Source: Phoronis australis (taxonomy: Eukaryota > Animalia > Phoronida). From it: 64,000 nucleotides of DNA. The notes beneath the pieces were generated by a model. The model saw nothing but the letters and a program-made list of their open reading frames with translations, was not told the origin of the DNA and did not search any database. This document shows, one piece after another, positions 27,239 to 38,200 of this stretch (its first letter is position 1; every line of letters starts with the position of its first letter). Position numbers and translations under genes: made by a program. The DNA lies in assembly GCA_002633005.1 (NCBI GenBank), contig NMRA01000544.1, positions 168,479 to 232,478 on the forward strand, in the 5' to 3' direction.

Positions 27239-29051
27239 AATGAGAAAAATTCTTCAACCACTTGACCTCTGCACTTATGACCTACCTCGCGAGCTCACAT
27301 GGCTCGAGTCAAGCAGTGTTATTCCCCAGCACGCCACGATACCAGAAACGGTTCTGTGATTTGGGGCAGATCATTTTCATCACAAAACTCGTTATTACAA
27401 ACATTTGGCAATTTTCAACCTTCTCATATTCACATCATTGCTAAACGTTGTTTCTAACTAATTTACAACTGAAAGTAATCGGAATGGAATTGGCCTGCAA
27501 GTTCCACTTTATACGTATACAACTCGTTGTTGCCAATTTCCAACTTCCCCAGTTGGAACCCCAGACTCACCCATTTTCAAATAGCTCTTTCAAGAAAAAA
27601 CTATGTCAGAATGTGTGTTCAAAATGACTCAATTTGGTCAACATTTCTTTTGACGTGGATTCTCGATTTACTTTTGATAGAGTAGTGTGAGGAACAGTGT
27701 TTGTGTGGAGCATATGGATCGTTGGACGGCAAACCATAGCCACTTATTTCTTCACCCGATAATCTCAGTATTCATTAACGCTCGGTACTTTATTTTGGCT
27801 CATTAGACCATTGCAACTACCCTTTGTAATGCCTTGATTTGCAAAATTTAAGCGAAGTTGTGTTCAAAGGTTTAACTACCTTCTCTAGCATCTAAATAGT
27901 TATTTATAGGCATCTTACAAATCTGACACGAGAATGCCCATTTTTGACACTTTTCACAGTTTTTTACTTCCATATAAATTCTGTGGCACTTCTGGAAAGC
28001 TTACTCAACTTAATAAAACATATTTTTTCCTAGAATTTGGATGGTACAACAAAAAAGTTGATCAAGAGACTAAAACTTTCAAAGCGACAGAATAAAAAAT
28101 CACTTGGCTCACGAAAGTGTGTACCCAAGATGGACCCCAAACAACTTCACGTTTTTGAAAGCATGTCGCTAGTAGTCCTACTAATTTCCCGACAGGTAGT
28201 AATTTGATTAAACTGAGGAATTTATCAGATCAACACTATTTAAGATGAACATTTCTGCTTCAAATTTTGTAAATTTTTCAAAAATGGAAACTTCCCAATC
28301 CCTTGCTTTTCTATGCTACTTCAACTTAAAAATACCAGTGATCAAAAAAGCAAGATTTTTCGCATGTGCGATTCATTAAACAAGATGGCATGTATTCATT
28401 GCAAGCTGTTTGAGTACAAAACTTGAATGGAAGTTGATGCTAGGTGACCCTTGTCAACTTGAGGGGGATGCAAACAGTACTGCACCCAAGCGGTACTTTC
28501 TCTTCAGTCCTAGTAAATGTTTCTTCATAAAAGCCAGCGCAGACGAAGAACCACAAGTCAAGACGCCCGGCTCCAGTGAACCATAGCTGTGCTGACAAGC
28601 TCACTTCAATGTGAGAACAGTTACATGAACTAGCAGCTAGTACATTCAACAGTCGTAGTTTGAGGCCTTGACTTGGGGTGGCTCATAACTCTCCATTTGA
28701 GCTGGCTCTTAGCAACACTTGAACATCAAGATGTCCATTATCAACCTTCATCAGCATATGCATCCCTCAAACGACAAATAACTGGCATAGCACAGAAATA
28801 TGTATTTTTGTATCATACATAAAAAACATATTGAATCCATGTTTCAAAATGTCCAGCAATTTAGAATCACGCTGCTAGCCAGACATAAACTAGTTCACAA
28901 CACACTGTGAGCTGTGTTTGTTCATGGTACAAGCAACGACAGGAGTCTTCGTCGAGAAGTAACAAACAGCATCTAGTCGTGCTCCAGCAGAGTAATTCAT
29001 CACAGCTAACAGCAACTTTGCCAAGTTGCGTGCAGATTTTTCCTCTACCCC

Positions 29052-29184
29052 CTAAAAGTCTAAATTAAAATCTTCCAGTTGGAAATTCTGCATCGGTTGT
29101 TGCTGTCCCAGGTTGGGCTGCAACATGCCTGGTGGTGGTATTCGCTGCTGTTGCTGCTGTTGTTGCTGTTGCTGTAAAAGTTGC

Positions 29185-29222
<38 letters not shown>

Positions 29223-32200
29223 CTGTAGTAACTGCCTTTGCTGAAAAAGACAAATTGATCATGATTTAAGCAGTGGTACCAGACAGCATACACAGAAGTT
29301 ACTTTTTCTTGTCACCGGCTTGGAATAACACAGCACACATCACAAGAAGAAGACTGGTCATCTAGCTGACCAGCAGCAAACCACAAATGGTCTGCCAGGA
29401 GTCGTCACCTGAGTCGCCTATGCAGTCGGCACTTGGGTCAGCAAACTGGTCACCTAGCTCAGATCACTGATTCGGATTATGCATATCCTAAGTTGGCAAT
29501 TACCATATTACAATAGTTTACCTTTGGCTTAACAAACACCTAACGTGAAACAAAGACTGTTACCAATCGGAGGCCTGACCATATTTGAGAACCTAGTTTT
29601 TAGGCTCGTCCTGGGTCCTTTGTCAGGGCACTGGCAGGGATTTCCATGTTATGTGGCCACCTGTGGGCGGTGATTGGCAGATGTCAAACAACACCTGTCA
29701 CATGAGAGGCGCTGGTAATTGGCCAGTAATTCGCAACCACTGTCTCTGTTCAAATCTAGATGCACTCTCGCATTTTGTGGTTCCATTATTTATTTCTCTC
29801 TAGATAATATACTAACTGTGGGTTTACAAAATAATAAACGGTGATCTCCCAGAGTTGTAGTGTTGCCACATGCCAGATGATATAATTATTAAATTGTTCT
29901 TTCCGAGCAGTCTCACCAACAGGACAATCATCACAAACTTCTTTTTGTCATATGACACCTATGTCGGGTAAACTGACACACTCTGTAGGGTGTCGAACAG
30001 TTTGAGATACATATAGGTGTTCTCTGAAAATCTTAATACTTTTTCTGAGCGACCGTGGACGAATAGAAGAGCTATGTAAACTCTAAAAGGTCAACCTCCT
30101 TGGAAGTCATTGGGTCTGGGATGGAGCATCCAGTTAGTGTAGTCATTAGCACATAAAACATCTTTGATTCCAGTCTGTTCCTTATATTTGCCATTTTCAT
30201 CTGTTACTAATTATTCTGTTTAAAAGTGCATGCACCGCTGATATTTTATATTGGTCATGATGGTTGGAGCGAAAAGTAAGGTACATGCAAATGTTATTTG
30301 GTTTCTCGTAGATGATGACCTTGGTACTGCCGTCCACCTCGATACGTATGCAGTGAAGAAACGAAACCTTGTCATTTGATGCGTGCTTGATGGTAAACTT
30401 GATGTAAAGGTCCACAGTGTTGATGTGATCTAAAAATTTGTAAACCTGATATTCCTGGATCTTGACGAAGTTGTCCCCTCCATAGTGGTACCAAAGTAAT
30501 GGGGGATGGTCGGCCATAGCGATGGCACTAGTTTCAAAACTTTTCATGCATACATTAGCGACAATGGCTGTTAAGGGCCAACCCATAGCAGCACTGTGTT
30601 GTTCTTTGTAGTAATTATGTATTTGAAATGGGGCATAAAAACCTGGTATTAAAGCAATTAATTTTTCTGGCTACAAAGCAAACTGCAAACCAACCTGTAT
30701 CAACTGTAGCATTTGTCGTTGAGAGCTGCCTTGCTGTAACTGCTGCTGCTGCTGTTGTTGTTGCTGTTGTTGCTGCTGCTGTTGCTGCTGCAAACGATAC
30801 TGTTGCTGACGAGCTAAAGAACGGGAAAAGTAATCACTGATAAGAACAATTCAGAGGATATAAAGATCTCGTCACACCAAACTGGTTATCAGAACGTCAG
30901 AACCAGTCTTAACGTTTTAATGAAACAGATCAGGGATGGGTGAAACAGGCAATACTTATTAAGCTCCCGGATGTTTTCTTTTCGCTCTCAAGATTGTACA
31001 GAGAACTACCTTAGTGTGGCATATTCTGGCTCCAGCCATCAGCAGGCAGTTGGTTATGTGCATGCCAAAAATACAAAAGTTCCTACTAAGGCATAAATGG
31101 CGATATTTGCGAATGATTCCTACAGGCTGATGACCACAGCTGTTTGTAACAAAGGCAGTGGAATTCCACCTTAATTGTCTACAATCAGTCCACAATACAG
31201 TTCAGTGAACAATCACTTTTTCTCCAAATGCACTGAATGCAGCCAAAACATTTTTGCGCAATAACATCCTTTGTTACTGAGGACTCGATTACAGATGAAT
31301 TGACAAAGAATTCAAGATTTGCAGCTTCTGTCATGACATTCCAGGCGCAACTGCAATGCTATCTGCCTCAGACCAGTGGTATGGGGTATGGACAACCCTA
31401 TCAGTCTATTTTAGCCAGATCATGTTTGTGTAAAATGCAAATGTTCAGATAGCATTGAAAAGCATGGCTGAAACAGATTTCAACTGTTCAATTTCAGTTT
31501 GATTTTGCTTTTTAGCTCAGAGATTCATGGTTCTTTGGTTCATTTGTTTCTCACAAAAGTTAGACAAATCCCAAACTTGCATACAGCCATGGAAATGCCA
31601 CAGTTATATCACTCGCCATCAAATAAAAAATCAACTCAAATTACTACTTAGCAGCATAAAACCCTAGACTGCCTTTTCTATGACACTTGGAACCCAATGG
31701 ATGGAACTACATTACCTTTTGTCCAGTTTAAATTCTCAACCTGCAAAAACTTTTCTTTTTTAAATTCAGTAATTGCGATAACTAACCAATAAATGGGTTT
31801 CAACTCGAACAACTTAAAGCAAAGCCAAAAACAACGCATTAAAATGTCTTAGTGCTATTGAGAAGAAGACAGCTGGAATTTCCAGGAAATTACCAGCAGA
31901 CCAGTGGGACGTACCCAGGACCATGGCGGCTTTCTTTTGTTCCTGTTCTCTCCGTGACGCCTCTCTAGCCTGGGCCAGCTTCAGTTCTTGATTAAGGGCC
32001 TGAACCTAAAAGGAGACGCAGCGGAAAGTGAGTGTAAAGCGGAACGTACGATAAAAACTATCAAATTTGTGAAAAAAAAACAATAATCGCATATTGCTGT
32101 TCGTTAACTTTCAGAGTCTCATTATGTTCCCGCACATGCATAAAAATACACCGATTGCTATTTGATGGCAGTTGCATTGTAACCACGCTAACAACAACGT

Positions 32201-35200
32201 TCAATTTCCTAAAGTTTTTGTTCAGACATTTAACACTGAAAATGAAATTCCACTACTACTCCATATTGTGTCTAAAACTGAACAATGTTAATTACAGAAA
32301 AATAACAATGCTACCTATGTGATTTATCCTAAAACACTGACAATAATTTCAGTGTAACCCCCAGACATCCAGCTGTAAGAAGGTAACATCTCAATTTGCC
32401 AAGGACACAAGTCCGTATCTACTTGTAAGAAGCTAGTACTCCAATTAGCATTAAGCACGATTCTGCTACATGCCATGTCGACATGGCTTTACGCAAGATG
32501 ACCCATCAGTAACAGTACAACTAAAATTAACATTATCAAAACTAAAATAAGAACTGAAACTATGTGCTATACAACTTTGCAACTCTCAAGATTGTGCATA
32601 GCTCTAAACTTTACAAGCAACTCAAAAACATGGTAAAAATTAATGTACAAGCCCTTTATTTGTGTTATAAAGTAAACTCACTTGACTTCCAGTTTGTGCC
32701 AGTCCAGCCATTTGGTTACCAGCCATAGCACCACCAGCAGCCACTTGGCCATCTTGGAATGGCATGCCCTTGAAATAGGAAACACTTTGCTAACTGTCAA
32801 ATGAGCATTAGTAGGATATAACGTGCCCGTATTTTGAGAACCAGTTTGATACCCATTATCCAGTAAAGAAAATTGGTTCTCAAAATGCGGGCACATCGTA
32901 TCCGACCATTACTGTCAAATGCAATGTCACTTGTCGATGCCTCTTTGAAAATTGCACTGAACATAATGCACCAACAACATAAATACACAACATGTCCTTT
33001 CTTATACTGCACTGGTTGGGGGGGGGGGGNAACAGCACTTGAACTGAGGAACTAAAATATCAGGGGGTGGGCGGTTCAGTCAAAGTTACTTTCATGTGAA
33101 CTCATACCTTGGCATCAGGTTTTTCAAGCGATGGATCCCACATTAGTTAATTGAAACATTCAGCACTGCCTAGCCAGTAACAGCATGTAAGTTAAGACAT
33201 TAATACAACCCACAGATGCACAGATGTCCACATGCATGACCCAGGGTGATCTTACGGGGGTAGTAAAAGGAGTATCATTTATTTCAATTTTAGGAAAGTT
33301 CCACGAGAAACACAGAGACAAGCAACAAGTTTTGATTTGTGTATACAGCCATAGTGTCCAGATACAGTGTTGGTTGACGAGTCGGTCAGAACCATTAAGT
33401 GTAGCTAGCAACTACTGAGCCCCTTTTTTCCACGGCCATCCTTAAAATATCCACATTAAATTTGAGTAGATGGAATTGCAAGCCTGTAACCAAATGGGAA
33501 GCTGCAAGATATAGCACAAACAGGTAATTGGCTAAGCTCATAGCTCTAGCTCTCTTTGCTCAGAGCCATAAGGATTTACACTGGACAGGTAAAAGGAATC
33601 CAACAAATAAGACAACCTCCTCTAAAATTAATGCAAAATCCTCACACCTCATTTTGCCATGGGGGTGATATGCGAGTTCGGAGTTCCTCTGCACTCAAGG
33701 TCTATAGAAGCTGGCTGTAGCTTTCATGAATAGCCTACCTGCTGAGAAGGCATGCCCATTGCATTTGGCGGGGGTCCTAGGTTCTGTGCAGGCATGCCCA
33801 TTGTACTCGGTGGGGGTCCCAGGTTCTGCTGCTGTAGCTGCTGCTGCTGCTGCTGCTGTATCTAGAAAAAAGTAGGCTTGTGCAAATAAACATTCACCAC
33901 ACAACTCTGTTATGCTTAGACACACATCTGAATTTTAATTTCATTGTTTCATGAGATAGTGATGACCTGGGGATCTCGTATAAAAGGGATGACCATATCT
34001 TCTCCACTGAAATATAGCCTTATTTTGACTTGTAATTCATCATTTCCTGTTGTCCAAGGCACTTATTTTCCTGGTTGCCCAGCAACTGCAATAGTCAGGA
34101 TTTTGAATGTGCCCAACAGAACACCCCTAATTAAGTTAAGGACAAACCGATGCACAGGTCACATCCTGGCGCCAGCTGATTCTACAACCTTGACAGACGT
34201 GAAGAGCACTCATGTAACTGGTGGTATGAAAGCAATTCAACATGGTGAAATCTCACCAATTTTGGGCAAAAATAAATTGCAAAAATTGACCCTTCTCAAA
34301 AGCTTCTAATATTGTTGCGTAAGCCTCAAAATGTTTAAAATGTTGTATGGCTGGAACTGTGGCACAGAGTTTGAATGTGGGAAAACATACACATCAATGA
34401 AAAAATCAAATCCCCCTCGTCCGCCACATTGCGTCACAAAATGATGAAATTTTACAGTACTTCTAGCACCAGTGGAAATGAAGTAAAATTAAATGTGCCT
34501 ATCATCATTTGCATCAGATCATCAATAAGAAAAACGTCAGAAGCTCCTCGCTAAACAAGGCATGACAACACCTGACCAGTTCAGGTCACACACAGTAAAC
34601 AGTATGGCAAAAAATTTATTTTTTCAAAATCAAAAAATCTAAGAACAAAAAATTGGAGACATAAGTTCGGGTAAATGTGCTATCCAGTAGATTATGAAAA
34701 CACACAGGACAGATATCAAAAGATGTCTAGATGTGCCTCATGCTAGAAATGAAATCACATGTTTCTCAAGAAAACAGGTACCACGGACCATTTTATGAAA
34801 ACAGCCTTATCAGGAAACAATTCAATCTCACTTCACCAAATTATAGGATCTCGGAGCATATATCCACAATTTCATCACAAACATTACAAAAATGAAGTAC
34901 TGACTTGTGAAATTTAATAGTACTTGCTTGACTTTCATTACAGCAAGCACTTACATGTTGTAATTCGGATAAAAATCAAGAAAACAGACAACTTATTCTT
35001 TTAGAATTATTTAGCCACTATGCCGACAATTCTTGACTCCAGTTAGCGACTCCATTTCTAGAAGATACCACAACTGAAGTTGTTTTATCACCAAGCAACT
35101 ACTTAGGAAATGGAAAATCATAAAAACCAACAATTTTGTAAGTACTGCGGATGCAAAAGGTAACGATGAAGATGCAGAAGCTGGGTCGCTTCTCGGCCTT

Positions 35201-38200
35201 TTGGCTAAGTTCAAAGAAAGTATACTTTGAAGAAGCACTGGAAATATGGAGACGCCATATGGAAGAAATGTAATCAAACTTTGTTTGCCTGGAAACTCGA
35301 AACCGTATAATAGAACAATGTTTGCGGAGCCGTTGAAGAAGATGTTTGCTGAATTAGACATCCCATTGACGGAAATTGTTTCATTCGGAAGCCTCACAAG
35401 GAACGATGAATGGTACATGCAACTTAGCACAAAGGTTACAGCACAGCAGTGCCTTCTGAAAGACAGTTTTATTGTGAAGTCATCAAAAAGGCCAGTCACA
35501 GCTCGATTCACCTCAGCTGAAGAGGGCGTAACCACCTGCAGAGTGCGCTGGCTGCCTCCCGGGGTTTCTGGTGCCTCAGTGGCCAAGGCCTTATCTCCTT
35601 TTGGCCAAGTTGTGGCAGTATATGAGGAAAAGTCTTCTGTCCCAGGACTGGAGTTTATGGGCACCATGGTCCGCAGGGTCGTGCTGAGAAACGCCAAAGA
35701 TATACCTCATACCTTCACCGTTGTGGACGCTAACTCACGTAGTTGGCCCATTCTCATCACCATGAAAGGAAGACCACCGTTATGTTTGAAATGCAAACAG
35801 ACTGGACATTTACGAAATAAATGCAAAACTCCCCGCTGCCGTGAGTGTCATGCCTTTGGACACTCGTCTGCTGACTGTGAGTCTAGACGGCCAACATATG
35901 CGTCACAGGTAACGACTCTTGACATAGACGTTGATGACCCGGTGGAGGACCACCCCCCTGAGGCTGCCCACACTTCTGTTGTTCCTGAAACTCAACCTGA
36001 CGTTGTCGAAGATGACATTCCTTCTGCTGCAACGCCAATACCTGACAAGACCCCCATCTTACTTATCGACCTTCCCTCGACTCCGGACATCGCCCTAAAG
36101 AGACCTGCAGTTGGTTCGTCGCACTCAGATGACTCCGATGACTCCTGCTCCTCTTTCATCAATTACAATTACAATTCACCTGGCGAGGGACCAATGTAGC
36201 CTGCCGGTTAGATCGTTTTTACATATCCAATGATATCAGCGACTATAGTGCATCCTTTTTTCCTTGTGCCTTTTCAGACCATGATTTTGTATTTCTTTGT
36301 GTCAGGGTTGCTGCCCCAAAAATCCCACTTATAATTCCTACTGGAAGTGTAACGTTTCGGTTTTAAAATCACCTCTATTCCGTAGCGATCTTATCTCTCT
36401 GTGGTCTCGCCTGGATCGAGCCCCTGTAAAGAGCCCCGAGTGGTGGGACCAGTGCAAGTGTATATTCAAATACCTTATTATTCAACACAGCAGACGTATT
36501 CGCTCTATATTACGTATTAACATAATTGTCTGAGAACGAGTATCATGAAAGGTACTTCATCATTACGATATAACTGGTAAAGGCGCTGCATTGGCATCTG
36601 AGCTGAAATGGAAACTACAATGATCCTTATATAACCTACAAAACGAAGGGGTAAAAATTCGTTCGAGAGCATGCCTCTTGGACTGTAACGAACAACCTTC
36701 TCATAATTTTCTCTTCGCGAGAAGCAAAATGCTCGCAATAAGATAATTCCGTCTCTCACTATTGGTCGGAATTTGGTGACTGATACTGAGGATATCATGA
36801 GTGAAGAGCATAATTATTATAGTACTTTATATTCACGTGAACCTCTGGATGAGGATCTCTGTGAGCAGTGCTGTAGCTGTTAATTGTGGGTTGTTAAGAA
36901 ATGCTTACTCTCAATGCCAATTACCTGCTTCTGCTGTGATTTCGTACATTTTAAAATGAAAACTTTGGCAAAACATGTTAAATTAGAAGACCATAGAAGA
37001 GCAAAAGGACTCTGAACATACCAGAGCCATCTCCGAGAAGCACCAAGACCAAACAGTATATAAGAGTCATAGATTAAGGTTGTTATAGATGGAAGAAACT
37101 GAATTTCTATCACATTCATACATGATGTACTTATTTTTTCTTTGCTTTAATAAAACCATAGATCAACTCTATACTGTCTTAATTGAGCAAGCCCATGACA
37201 TTTCGCATGGTTCCAAAACTATTTTATTATCAAAGACCCTCAATAGGGGGTGCATGAGATGATAAGTTGATAAGAATGTACTTTTAAAGATCAAAGTATG
37301 TGTTCTTTGAATGAAGAAAAATTAGAAACATGCAAACGGCATATGGAAAGTAGTGAGATTGGCGCATGCCTTTCTCAGTCACTCTCACCATTTGGGCAAG
37401 TCATCGGTGTAAAGAGAAGTCTTCCGTTACAGGAAGCTATTTGTTTGAATAATGGTTTGTTGAGTAATTATAAAACAAGCGAGAGAGGTACTGCATACTT
37501 TTTCTATGATTTACAATAAAGAACGTAGCTGGCCGGTCCTGATCACGATGAAAGGGAGGCCCCGCTTTATCTGAACTGTAAGTAGGTTGGGCACCTGAGA
37601 AGCAAATGCAAGACACCCCATTGCTGTGCCTGGCATGGATACGGTCGTTTGACTGGTAAATGGGAACCCTGTAAACATGCGTCACAGTTCAGTCCCCCTA
37701 AGCTTGAGGTGGACAATCTTCCCACTCAGGACAACACCTCCGTAATCTTTGAGACCCCGCTGGATACTGCAGCCGCTGCTTCTACAAAGACCCCAGTGCC
37801 TGCGTATCAGTCTCCTTATTTGGTAAACGGTATTTCATTATGGGACACAGCCTCTTAAACGACCAGCAAACATTTCCACATCTTCCCCTGATGACTGACG
37901 ACTCGTGCGCTTCTTTAATCACCGTTGACAGTCGTCGGCAGAAGTGGAAAGCCAGGGACTCTCTACCTCATTAGCATGGACCATTTCTGCAGAGCTTATT
38001 TTTTCACATTTTCATCCTCGGTACCTTTCACCTCATTCTAGTTTCTTCATTTTTACAATGCATATTTTAATTAAAATTTGCATACCTCAATGTTAATGGT
38101 TGTATGGACCCTACTAAGCGTAATGGTATATTTGCCCATGTCAGGTCACACAATGTGGACATAATGTTTTTGCAAGAGCCTAACAAATGTTTTTTTTGCA

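Larger units (their letters stand above)
35186..36863 (+). mobile_element. Tx1-clade (Keno-like, U2-associated) non-LTR retrotransposon, internally deleted and 3' truncated
   Basis: U2 5' head, then CCHC ORF1, then ORF2 remnants. These are the APE C-terminus QFTWRGTNVACRLDRFYIS...FSDHDFV, SYWKCNVSVL...EWWDQCK, and linker EKQN...DIM....YYSTLYS. No RT domain remains. Confidence 0.85.

Noticed and set aside
35011-35697. 228-aa minus-strand ORF
   Set aside because: It is the antisense shadow of retrotransposon ORF1, with no recognisable domain.
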